A stretch of 64,000 bases of DNA from an uncultured bacterium (lineage in GTDB: Bacteria; Zixibacteria; MSB-5A5; CAIYYT01), in contig CAVSCK010000004.1 of NCBI GenBank assembly GCA_963726455.1, positions 512,001 to 576,000 on the forward strand. Direction: 5' to 3'. Below the pieces are notes generated by a model. That model worked only from the letters and a program-made list of their open reading frames with translations, was not told where the DNA came from and made no database searches. Below are positions 9,475-22,024 of the stretch, one piece after another (positions within the stretch are counted from its first letter, which is position 1; each line of letters begins with the position of its first letter). The translations under genes and the position numbers were made by a program.

Positions 9475-11011
9475 ATGACTGTCAAGATAGGTGATACCAA
9501 ACTCAGCATATATGACGTGCGCAAAGTAGCCCGTCATAATCGATCAAATCGAGATCACTCCAGCCGCTCAAACCGCATCAAACACTGCCGCACTTTCGTC
9601 GATCAAGAAAGTCGCCGAACAGGAAGTTATGTACGGCATCAACACCGGAATCGGGGACTTGGCGAAGGTGGCCCTGCCGGCGGAGAAGCTCGAAGTATTC
9701 CAGAAGCTGCTGGTCTTCTCGCACGCCGCCGGCTATGGCGATCCGCTATCCATCGAATACGTGCGCGCTGCCTGGACATCACGTCTCAGTGTTCTGACCC
9801 AGGGGCATTCCGGCTGCAATTTGCGTGTTGTCGAGACGATGATGCAACGATGCTCAACAAGGGAGTCACACCGATTGCCTGCGAGAAGGGTTCTGTCGGC
9901 GCTTGCGGCGATCTGTCGCCGATGTCGCAAATGGCGCTGGTCATGATCGGCGTTGGGGAGGCCTTCTATCAGGGACAGCGCCTGAGCGCCGAAGATGCCA
10001 TGAAGAAGGCCGGCATTCCGATCATCAAATTCGAAGCGCGTGATGGTCTCGCCTCGATCAACGGCTCCAATGTCATCTCCGGCGCGGGATCGCTGTTGAT
10101 GTGCGACGCGATCGATGTCGTGAAGAATTCCGAGATTGCTGCGGCGATGACGCTCGAAGCGCTCAATACCAATCCGCAGGCCTTCGATGAACGCATTCAC
10201 AAGATCCGCGGCTTTGCCGGCGCGGTTCGATCGGCGCGACATCTGCGCAACATTATGAAAGATTCCGAGATCATGAAGCGTACCGGCAAGAATGTGCAGG
10301 ACGCTTATTCACTTCGTTCCACGCCGCAGGTTGTCGGCGCCGTCTGGGACTGCTCTCGATTTTGCCAGAACAGCAATTCGAAATCGAGATCAACGGTGTC
10401 GGCGACAATCCGATCTTCTTCCCGGATGAAGATGGCGGCGTCGTCCTGACCGGCGCGAATTTCCAGGGCACGCCGATTTCGTATCCGCTCGATTTTGTCG
10501 GCTCGGGCTCGCGATGATCACGGTTATTTCCGAACGTCGTCTCAATCGCACTGCTGAACAAGGCACTCTCGATGGGACTGCCGGCGTATCTGACCAAAGG
10601 CGCAGGCATGATGTCCGGCATGATGCTGATGCAATACACTGCCGGCGCGCTCGTCTGCGAAAATCGAATTCTCTCGGCGCCGGCATCAATTGGCTCGATT
10701 CCCGCCGCGGCCGATCAGGAAGATTTCGTTTCGATGGGAATGACGACGCTGCTGAAAACGCGCGACATCATCAAGAACGCATTTGCCGGCATGGCTATGG
10801 AAATGATCGCCGGCGCGCAGGCGTTCGATATTCTCAAACCGCTCAAGCCGGGCAAGGGATCATTGGCCGCCTACGAAGTCATTCGCAAGTACGTGCCCTA
10901 CATGGACGACGACCGTCCATTGCATAATGACATCAATGCGCTGGCAGCGGAGCAGTGACTCGCGGCGAAATAATATCCGCTGTCGAAGCCGCGGCAGGGA
11001 AGTTGGATTAA
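9475..11011 (+). pseudogene. Histidine/aromatic amino acid ammonia-lyase (HAL/PAL family) with multiple frameshifts
   Basis: YGINTGIG, SHAAG, GSVGACGDLSP, GLASING, QDAYSLR, GANFQG, SERR and DQEDFVSMG are spread over several frames; probable stop TAA at 11009-11011. Confidence 0.85.
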
Positions 11012-11062
11012 ACAGATTATTCCGATCAGGGCGACTTCGATCGCCTGTCTCTCGCGTATGTC

Positions 11063-11099
11063 AAAAAAGCAAAGCCCACAGGCGGCGACCTATGGGCTT
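11063..11099 (-). terminator. Rho-independent terminator on the minus strand
   Basis: Minus strand reads AAGCCCATAGG-TCGCCG-CCTGTGGGCTT-TGCTTTTTT; one pair is G-U only on this strand. Confidence 0.6.
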
Positions 11100-11358
11100 G
11101 TTGGGTGAGTGGAGGGATTATGACCAAACCCGCTTACAAGAGAGTAATCGGTGTAAAGGAACGGTCGAGCTGTTACTGGCCTTGGGAGCTATCGCAATAA
11201 GTCTCTGCCAGTTCCTTTACACATGATTAAGACGCCGAAGTCGCCATTCTGTTCAATGGCCAGTGCCTTTTTTTCCGGCAAAATAGTTGTTGACTGGCCG
11301 CTTTGCGAGTAATTTCCGTTGCTGCTCCGGCCATTAGATGCCGGCATCCCAGATTCTT

Positions 11359-11432
11359 GGGCCCGTAGCTCAGATGGTTAGAGCGCGCGCCTGATAAGCG
11401 CGAGGTCGGCAGTCCGATTCTGCCCGGGCCCA
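11359..11432 (+). tRNA. tRNA-Ile (GAT)
   Basis: Acceptor stem GGGCCCG/CGGGCCC, D arm TAGCTCAGATGGTTAGAGC, anticodon loop CT-GAT-AA; CCA not encoded. Confidence 0.95.
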
Positions 11433-11512
11433 GTTTTGATCTCCACACAAGTCGGTCATCGCTTTTCCGTCGACCTGTTTCATCTTGAGTAGTAGTTTGC
11501 ATGCACGCCTCG

Positions 11513-11535
11513 GTGCCCCATCCGCTTGCGGTGGG
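11513..11535 (+). repeat. GT-x-x-CCCAC-xGCTTGCx-GTGGG palindrome family copy
   Basis: GTGCCCCATCCGCTTGCGGTGGG (one extra T); other copies at 18881, 19145, 20661, 21896 and 22616. Confidence 0.7.
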
Positions 11536-11717
11536 TTTCGTACGCCCCCAGAATTTCTACTCTGCCTTCACCAGGGTTTCGACATTTCCGATTCTTAATT
11601 GGCGCACATATGCTCATGTTGACAAAAACAACGACGGGCGATGTCATAAACACCGCCCGTCTGAAAGCGAATCAATCGGTCTTGGCCGTAGTGTCTAGGC
11701 CATCCGAGTGATATGGC

Positions 11718-12269
11718 TCATTTATTGTGTGATCCCTTACGGGCGCCCGTCCCCTTTGATTCCATTTTCGCCTTTGTCGCCTTTGCCCACATCGCTACAG
11801 GATCTTTTCCTTCCTGTATGTTGTTGACTGAGGCGTCCAGCGTCTCCCCTTTGATCGTGCCCGTCCATTGCATTTGACCGTTGGTTGGACTTGTGCAAGT
11901 CGCCGAGAACTTGACTAAGCCACCCGATTCCTTGGTGGCAGTGTATGCCGCTGGAGTAAATCCCATCGGGTCGCAGGCCAACGAATGGAACATGCCGTTC
12001 TTGAACGTGATGACTTCCTTGTCACCTGTCGTGGCGCCTGTCTTGCCGATTTGGCCGGTAAACGTCCTGCCGTCAAGTATTCCCTTGGTGGCTGTCGTCT
12101 TATTTCCGGTCGTTTCCTTCATGGTCATCTTCGTCGGCTGCTGTGGTTGCTGTTGCACGCCCTGCGTGTTATTCGGCGTATCATCTGCTACTGCAAATCC
12201 CGAAAACGCCACCACGAACATCAATGCCGTGAAGATCATCATGCCCTTGGAAAAAAGGTTCTTTCTCAT
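11718..12269 (-). CDS. Secreted hypothetical protein
   Basis: Signal peptide ending AVA, RBS AAGGAG, Q/T-rich linker followed by a beta-rich domain. Confidence 0.75.
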   Translation of the reverse strand: MRKNLFSKGMMIFTALMFVVAFSGFAVADDTPNNTQGVQQQPQQPTKMTMKETTGNKTTATKGILDGRTFTGQIGKTGATTGDKEVITFKNGMFHSLACDPMGFTPAAYTATKESGGLVKFSATCTSPTNGQMQWTGTIKGETLDASVNNIQEGKDPVAMWAKATKAKMESKGTGARKGSHNK

Positions 12270-12848
12270 TCAGCTTCACTCCTTTCCGACTTCGCTGATT
12301 GAGCCGTTCCGATTTTACCTCAGAACCGCTCAGGTTTCCTTAGTGACTCATCCAATCCTGCTGAGTTCACTTTCATTTTTTTACTGCGGTGAGACATGGC
12401 TCTCAGCCAACGTCTCCCGCCAAAACCTGTCAACTCACGAACACATCCTCCCAATCCACCAAAACTGACCTGATTCTGACTTGAATTAATTACTACGCCT
12501 GCCCTCAAGATGTTGGTATTATCTGTATTGCACTTGACGCGATCGCAGTAAGTGATTGTATCAGTAGCGGTTACGTGACAAATCGTTTGGTCGGAAAACC
12601 GTCCATCTATGGCCACACTGACTCTCATACACCCATCAACAGAACAACAATGCCTGCGCGGAGTGGTGGCGTCCGGGCCGGTGAGCGCGCGACTTTAACC
12701 TTGACTTTGGCGAGGACTGTGGCTATTTTGGTTTATCTTCGCGATCATAACCTATTGGGACTGCGGTACATTATCGGTCAACTGTGCCGAGAGTGGTCTG
12801 CAAGCGCACCGGAAAATGTGAATTGTCATATTGTCATAAGGAGGAAAC

Positions 12849-15092
12849 ATGTTTCGCAGAATGCTAACGTTGGTCTCACTATCAGTGCTGTTTCTTTCGC
12901 TGGCAAGTATTCGCGGCGTTGCCCAGGACTTAGGATGCGGCACCGTGGTTACTCCGGAGCAAGTTCGTTTTGAGCAAGACTGGCAGAAACTGCAGAGCTC
13001 TCTCAAGATCGAGAGGAGCACTGATCACTATTCCATTCCGCTCGCAATTCACATCGTTCGTCAAAGCTCCGGCCTGGGTGGATTAACTCTGGCAGAGCTT
13101 CAGATCGCGTTCGACTCCAGCAATGTGTATGCCGCTCAAACTAACGTCAGCTTCTATCTATATGGTACCGTCGATTACATCGACAACGACCTTTACTATT
13201 TTGGCATGGGTAACACTGCCAACTACGATCTTCTGAAGCAGACCAATCCCGTCCCCGGGGCGATCAATGTCTACTTCGTGCCGCCAACGGAAATCTCCGG
13301 CTTTAGTCTCTGCGGGATATCCTCCTTTACAAGCTCACCGGTTCAGGGAATCATTATGAACAATCATTGCGTGGATCCTACCTTCGCCCGGACGGTACTG
13401 TTTCACGAAGTCGGCCACTATTTTGATCTGTACCACACGCATGAGACCGCCTTCGGTGTTGAATGTCCGAACGGTTCGAACTGCACTATTGCCGGTGACC
13501 TGCTTTGTGACACGCCGGCTGATCCTAATGTGTACCAGCATGTGAGTGGAGCTCCCGCGTGTCTGTACGATCAATATGCGTCGCTGCCACCGTCGTGCGA
13601 TGGCACCCCTTATGATCCACCCGTACTGAACATTATGTCATATTCATCGAAACTTTGTATGCTGGAAATGACGCCACAGCAGAATACCCGGTTCCGCCAG
13701 GTACTGGCCACTGTCCGCTCGGAATTGGTCTATGCTATCAACGGATTTGTCTTGATGCCACCACAGATTGTCGACTGGTCGGTTCAACAGGGAACCGTGC
13801 GCGACACTACGATCCGACTTGCCTATGCTTACAATGATACTGCCACTGTACATTCGGCCGTGACGACGACCGGCAAATTCCAGGTTGCCGTGACGTTACC
13901 TGCAACCATGGACAAAACCGATACCTTGAACTTTGCCTTGACCTTCGATGCCTCGAATCTCAGCGGCCCCTGCGTTCTGGGACGGTACTCCGACACTTTG
14001 GTCATTACGACTTCGATACCCGGATCATCGCCGATGCGGGTTCCGCTCAGCGCCAACGTCAGCTATGGAGTGCCATCCTACTCTGAGACACGGCTCGGCG
14101 CCGGCTGCCTCAGGTTCACCGCGCCGGTTACACCGGGATTCGGCAACATAACGGACTCGGCGTTCGTCGTACCGGGCAAGAATATTCTCTACGATGGTTC
14201 TCTCTTGATCGGGATGCTCCAGGGCAGTGATACCGTGGCCTACATGGATCTCTATACTCGCAACGACTTCTCGCCGATCGACGAATTCGTAAGAGGTATC
14301 GATTCACGCGGGCGAACTACGCAGACGCTCCGTTTCGTTACCAGTGATGGACGCTTTGCGGGAAACGTCAAATACACCTACGGCTGGAACAATACCGGCC
14401 TCGATAGTTGCGGATACGTACTCGTCGACTACACACTCAAGAACCCTTGCTATGCCGCCGCAACTGTATACACCGGAGTATTTTTCGACTTCGATATCGG
14501 CTACAATTCTGCCACTGACATGGCGCAGGTGAATCCGGATAGCAAGGTTGCTTTCGTTACCGACGCGGGTATAACTCGGGCCGGCGGAGTGGCTCTACTT
14601 GCCACCTGCACCGAAGACCCGTTAATCAGTGTCGTGAACAATCAGGATGTCATCTGGCAGACCGGAGGCCTGACACCCGGCTGGGCCTACAAGCTGATGG
14701 CAGTGCCGAATCCTACCGGACTAATCCCGTCGAGCGACTGCTCAGCGATGTTGTCATTCGGCAGCACGACTATCATGGCCGGCGGCGAAGCGAAATATCG
14801 TTACGCCGTTCTTGGCAGCAATTCCAGTTGGACGGGTCTGGCTCATGCGCTTGCCGATGTTGTGACGATGGGAGGAACCTCCACGATTTGTTCGTACGTT
14901 GCCGGTGACGCTAACGGTGATGGCGCCGTCGACATTTCCGATGCCGTTTTCCTGATCCAGTTCATTTTCGCCGGCGGCCCGACGCCGGATCCCATGAATT
15001 CAGGCGACGCCAATTGCGATGGCGCGGTGGATATCTCGGATGTAGTCTACTTGATCCAATATATCTTCTCCGGCGGCCCGGCGCCGTGCTGA
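12849..15092 (+). CDS. Secreted M43/pappalysin-like zinc metalloprotease with C-terminal dockerin-like domain
   Basis: Signal peptide, propeptide CGT, HEVGHYFDLYH zinc motif, Met-turn NIMSY, and two repeats GDANGDGAVDISD / GDANCDGAVDISD. Confidence 0.9.
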   Translation: MFRRMLTLVSLSVLFLSLASIRGVAQDLGCGTVVTPEQVRFEQDWQKLQSSLKIERSTDHYSIPLAIHIVRQSSGLGGLTLAELQIAFDSSNVYAAQTNVSFYLYGTVDYIDNDLYYFGMGNTANYDLLKQTNPVPGAINVYFVPPTEISGFSLCGISSFTSSPVQGIIMNNHCVDPTFARTVLFHEVGHYFDLYHTHETAFGVECPNGSNCTIAGDLLCDTPADPNVYQHVSGAPACLYDQYASLPPSCDGTPYDPPVLNIMSYSSKLCMLEMTPQQNTRFRQVLATVRSELVYAINGFVLMPPQIVDWSVQQGTVRDTTIRLAYAYNDTATVHSAVTTTGKFQVAVTLPATMDKTDTLNFALTFDASNLSGPCVLGRYSDTLVITTSIPGSSPMRVPLSANVSYGVPSYSETRLGAGCLRFTAPVTPGFGNITDSAFVVPGKNILYDGSLLIGMLQGSDTVAYMDLYTRNDFSPIDEFVRGIDSRGRTTQTLRFVTSDGRFAGNVKYTYGWNNTGLDSCGYVLVDYTLKNPCYAAATVYTGVFFDFDIGYNSATDMAQVNPDSKVAFVTDAGITRAGGVALLATCTEDPLISVVNNQDVIWQTGGLTPGWAYKLMAVPNPTGLIPSSDCSAMLSFGSTTIMAGGEAKYRYAVLGSNSSWTGLAHALADVVTMGGTSTICSYVAGDANGDGAVDISDAVFLIQFIFAGGPTPDPMNSGDANCDGAVDISDVVYLIQYIFSGGPAPC

Positions 15093-15225
15093 GACGGGCA
15101 CATGACATACTTGGCCGGCAGCAAAATCTGCCGGCCGTCCCATCCTCTTGCCAGCAGCCAAATTGCCGATAAATGGGCTAGGGAAGCGTCAGCGAAACAT
15201 TTTGCAATTATTTTGAAAAAACCTG

Positions 15226-15254
15226 TTGACATGGGCGAACCACACGTATATATT
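15226..15254 (+). promoter_or_regulatory. rrn-type sigma70 promoter
   Basis: TTGACA-17 bp-TATATT, preceded by an AT-rich UP-like element and followed by the GC-rich discriminator GCGCCCC. Confidence 0.85.
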
Positions 15255-15372
15255 AAGCGCCCCTGTGAGGAGTGTGGGTTGAAGTGTCCTGTAAAATCAA
15301 GGACATACGCGGGTTGAACGGCACGGGGGTCGGACGAAAGCGAAGCGCGACGGCAACGATCTTTGAATTTTC

Positions 15373-15445
15373 GGGGATGTAGCTCAGTTGGGAGAGCGAC
15401 GGCTTTGCAAGCCGTAGGTCGTCGGTTCGATCCCGATCATCTCCA
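15373..15445 (+). tRNA. tRNA-Ala (TGC)
   Basis: Acceptor stem GGGGATG/CATCTCC with G3-U70, anticodon loop TT-TGC-AA, GGTTCGATCC T arm; CCA not encoded. Confidence 0.96.
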
Positions 15446-15511
15446 GTGACGATAAGGCAAATAAGCCGATAATCAATAGAAAAGCTTCTTCTCCGCGTAG
15501 ACCGGAGAAGT

Positions 15512-15527
15512 AACGATCTTTGACAAC
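15512..15527 (+). promoter_or_regulatory. boxA-like antitermination element
   Basis: AACGATCTTTGACAAC before the 23S gene; a second AACGATCTTTGA at about 15355 precedes tRNA-Ala. Confidence 0.6.
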
Positions 15528-15598
15528 CAAATATCAGAGCTATGCGGAATCTTCATAAGAAGACCGTGTGGCTACAGAAATCGAGCTTTTAGGATTTC

Positions 15599-18626
<3,028 letters not shown>

Positions 18627-18880
18627 AAAAATTTGTCGCGCGGGGCGATGGTAACATCGCCCCTAACGTGACGAATTTCAAGTCCTAAAAGCTTTTCTGT
18701 TCTCATGGTTCTCCTTAGATTGATGTCTGCTTGCAGCCATCAATGCTTCATCACACTTTGCACATGATCGTTCGTGCTGGTTCGATCGCAAAGCTGATGA
18801 TTCGAGGACCCGCATAACTCTGATGTTGGTGATAAATTCGTTGGACGTGTCGCGCCGTCTCACCATCACTCTGGCATAGG

Positions 18881-19166
18881 GTGCCCCACCGCTTGCGGTG
18901 GGTTTAATTCCCGTGTCATTCCCGCTTCACTGCGGAGTGCCATTCCTGCTTCGCTGCAGGTGCCATTCCCGCTTGGCTGCGGAGTGTCATTCCCGCGAAG
19001 GCGGAAATCCAGTCCATGGTGTGTCATTCCCGCGAAAGCGGGAATCCAAGACAAAAGACGGTAGGTCGCTCGGGAAGGGATTCCCGGCGACAGACTAATC
19101 ACCACCTGTCATTCCCACGAAAGTGGGAATCCAGGATTACAATGGTGCCCCACTGCTTGCGGTGGG
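18881..19166. repeat. Repeat cluster in the 23S-5S spacer
   Basis: Two CCCAC...GTGGG palindromes (18881, 19145) enclose six GT(G/C)-CATTCC units, three of them full ATTCCC-N8-GG(G/A)AAT hairpins. Confidence 0.85.
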
Positions 19167-19190
19167 TGTCGCGAAACGCTTCAGAAAATA

Positions 19191-19308
19191 TCCCCGGTGG
19201 CAATAACGAGAGGGTCACACCCGTTCCCATTCCGAACACGGCAGTTAAGCCTCTCAGTGTCGATGGTACTGCTTGGGCGACTGAGTGGGAGAGTAGATCG
19301 CTGCCGGT
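19191..19308 (+). rRNA. rrf: 5S rRNA
   Basis: CCGGTGGC...CACACCCGTTCCCATTCCGAACACGGCAGTTAAG...GATGGTACT...GGGAGAGTAG...GCTGCCGG. Confidence 0.96.
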
Positions 19309-19317
19309 CTAAATGAC

Positions 19318-19364
19318 AAACCCCGCCCGTTCACGGTGAACCCGTCGAACCGGCGGGGTTTTTT
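19318..19364 (+). terminator. rrn terminator
   Basis: AAACCCCGCC...GGCGGGGTTTTTT immediately after the 5S gene. Confidence 0.8.
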
Positions 19365-19491
19365 GTTGTTGACAAACGCTAAACAGTTGAAGACATTGTC
19401 GAGTGAATTGAATAAGTTCTACGAGCACGGCCCGTAAGAACACGGGGGTTATCATGAGTTTGCGGGCTTACCACCGGTATTGAGGAGTACG

Positions 19492-20643
19492 ATGCTGGAA
19501 AACGCTTTTTGGTTTGTTCTTGGTCTGATCGCTCAGTGGTTTGTTCCGGGCTCGATCTGGACCACTGGGCCCGTCGTTGCCTGGAAGAGTAGAAGGCGAC
19601 ATAAGAGACTACAGAGGACGCTAGTTGGAACCGGGTCGGACTTGGTCGTGGGTCGCCTACGGGTCGAACAAGTGATGGTTCAAGTCTTCGATCCGCCGCT
19701 TATGTGGGACGAAATCGTCACCGGATTTGAATCGCATCCCCGCCCCATTCCAGCGGATATACAGGAACTGGAGTCTACCTATCTTGACAAAAGAGTAGCT
19801 GCACTTCGCGCGGAGGGAAAGACCGTCGATTTCAACGACCGGTACGCCTTGAAATCAATCAGAATCGAGCGACCGCAAGCAGAAGACGGAAAAAGGCGTA
19901 ATCGTCCAGAATTCATATTCGAACCGACCAATTTCAAGTACTATTTGATGGTTAATGACTGCTTAGATGCTCCTTTGCTTCCAGAACAAGGGGGAAAGAT
20001 GGTTTCGATCCGACAGCGTTTGGACCTCGAATTGGCGGGCTTCGAGTGGTCAGATGTGGAAAGAGTTCCAATCCATCAGCCATTTGGGACAGTGACAAAT
20101 GTTATCACTAGTGACAACCAGTTGGTAATTCCCATACGAAGTAGAATGCAAGCTGTAACCAATATAGCGGGCGGAGAAAGATGGCACAGAGCAACCGGAT
20201 CATGCGCTGAAGGCATGCTTCGACCCGTCGACTCTTCGTCACTAAAAGCGGAAAGCCCTAGTCCCTTTGAAACATCCTTTCGCTCACTGAAAGACGAATT
20301 GGGACTTGTACTAGGTGAACATTACACCAAACGCCAGGTGAAGCTTGTTGGAATTGCATACGACAAACAGCGATGCCAACCTTTTGCGATCTTCTATCTC
20401 AAACTAGAGCACCTTGGTTTTCTGGATGTTCTCCAGCATTGGACCACGTCGAAGGACAGGCAAGAAAATAAGGCCTTAATGCCCGTTGCGGCTGAACAAA
20501 GAACGATAGCCGATCTATTGCTCGGGAAGCTGACTTTTGAGGGCAAACCCGTGCATCTTTTTTCAAACCAGCAACAGCTGGGAGTACTACTGGGAGCTTT
20601 TCAGGTGCTCGAACCGTCGTCTCTTAGCCAAATGCTGCAGTAG
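19492..20643 (+). CDS. Membrane-anchored protein with a degenerate NUDIX-like C-terminal domain
   Basis: RBS GAGGAG at 19482-87; hydrophobic N-terminus; TSDNQLVIPIRS, AEGM and FRSLKDELGL resemble a Nudix fold and box. Visibly more AT-rich than neighbouring core genes. Confidence 0.65.
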   Translation: MLENAFWFVLGLIAQWFVPGSIWTTGPVVAWKSRRRHKRLQRTLVGTGSDLVVGRLRVEQVMVQVFDPPLMWDEIVTGFESHPRPIPADIQELESTYLDKRVAALRAEGKTVDFNDRYALKSIRIERPQAEDGKRRNRPEFIFEPTNFKYYLMVNDCLDAPLLPEQGGKMVSIRQRLDLELAGFEWSDVERVPIHQPFGTVTNVITSDNQLVIPIRSRMQAVTNIAGGERWHRATGSCAEGMLRPVDSSSLKAESPSPFETSFRSLKDELGLVLGEHYTKRQVKLVGIAYDKQRCQPFAIFYLKLEHLGFLDVLQHWTTSKDRQENKALMPVAAEQRTIADLLLGKLTFEGKPVHLFSNQQQLGVLLGAFQVLEPSSLSQMLQ

Positions 20644-20677
20644 GTGTCGGCTGTAAACTGGTACCCCACAGCTTGCT

Positions 20678-20741
20678 GTGGGAGAGTAATCCTCTTCCGC
20701 TCTAAATGACAAACCCCGCCTGACTTCAGGCGCGGTTTTTT
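20678..20741 (+). repeat. Degenerate direct repeat of the 5S 3' end plus terminator
   Basis: GTGGGAGAGTA-N12-TCTAAATGACAAACCCCGCC matches 19285-19327 and is followed by GGCGCGGTTTTTTGTTG. Confidence 0.8.
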
Positions 20742-20805
20742 GTTGCTTGACTCCTTTGCTTTCCTGACTTTATTGTTGGCATTCGTTGGGCATCGATAAG
20801 GCAGG

Positions 20806-21302
20806 ATGGACATAAGAACTTACAATTGTCGACTCGTGATGATTCGCAGGTATGTAACATGCGAGTGGACAACTATAATTTCTGTAGCCGCCCTCGGACT
20901 AGGAGGCGCAATCTATTTGTGCTTGCGACCTGCGACGCTACAAATGTTCAGTTGGTGCCAGTCTCTTGGAATTGACAGTCAAGTTAGTTTTCTACGGGAG
21001 ATAGTTTCTGGGTGGAGGGGTCTGCCCCCGATTGGGTGGTATTCTCTCTTCCTCAAGGACTGTGGTTCTTTAGCGGCTTGCTGCTGCTTCTCAGAGCATG
21101 GAGGGGATTCGACTGGCGCAAATGCTTCTTCTGGTGTCTTGCATTTATCGTCATGGCGTTCGGTTCCGAGTTTGGTCAACTGCCGGGCATCCTACGAGGG
21201 ACATATGACAGTCTTGATGTTATGTTCTTGTGTGTCGGTTTGGTTGCTGCAATATGGGTATTCGTTATCGATCACTCAAAAGTACGGAGGGACTATTCGT
21301 GA
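20806..21302 (+). pseudogene. Integral membrane protein with a frameshift near 21020-21030
   Basis: GGAIYLCLRP...MFSW in one frame joins PDWVVFSLPQGLW...SEFGQ...GTYD in another at G/C homopolymers; start uncertain. Confidence 0.6.
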
Positions 21303-21730
21303 AAACAAAACTAATCGCAAGGAATGTTGTTTCGGCAACCGTCTTCTTGGTCTTTGTCGTCTTAGCAATTGGCAGCTCTGAATCGGAAAAGAACACCGCG
21401 ACCACTCGGTCACAGACAGCGTCCTACAATCTCACAGCAGATCAGCTTTCGAAGGAATACGAAGCTAACGAAGTCGCCGCGGATAACAAGTACAAAGGTC
21501 AAGTAGTTGTTGTGAGTGGATCGATTAAGGACATTGGCAAAGATATTCTTGATGATCCTTATGTCGTAATTGGAGGATTGGGCTTTCTGGATGGGGTGCA
21601 GTGCATGTTCTCAAAATCGGAGTCGTCTTCGATTGCAGCACTTTCGAAGGAGCAATCTATCAGAATCAAGGGACAAGTTGAAGGCAAGTTGATAGGGAAT
21701 GTTCTGCTTAAAAGCTGCAGCATTCAGTGA
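21299..21730 (+). CDS. OB-fold (tRNA_anti-like) membrane-anchored protein
   Basis: GTG start overlapping the upstream TGA, RBS GGAGG; YEANEVAADNKYKG-VVVSG motif. Confidence 0.8.
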   Translation: MKTKLIARNVVSATVFLVFVVLAIGSSESEKNTATTRSQTASYNLTADQLSKEYEANEVAADNKYKGQVVVVSGSIKDIGKDILDDPYVVIGGLGFLDGVQCMFSKSESSSIAALSKEQSIRIKGQVEGKLIGNVLLKSCSIQ

Positions 21731-22024
21731 TCTTTGGGCCACTGCACAGCAATCGCGGAAATGACTAGTTGCGTACGTCAAAACCGCATCGGTCTTGACT
21801 TCTGTTCGTCCGCCCCCTCGCGAATCCCTTCCCGACCGCATTTTACCTTGTCAATTCCGTGACCTGAGACATATCTCCATCTTGGTAATCAACCCGTAGC
21901 CCACAGCTTGCTGTCGGTTACCTGTTCACGCAGTGCGTCATATTCGAAAACACATGCCCGACGCCCCCAGACGAAAGTTGAACTATCTTCTTGATATTCT
22001 CTGTTGATTTGCTTTAGTTAACCC

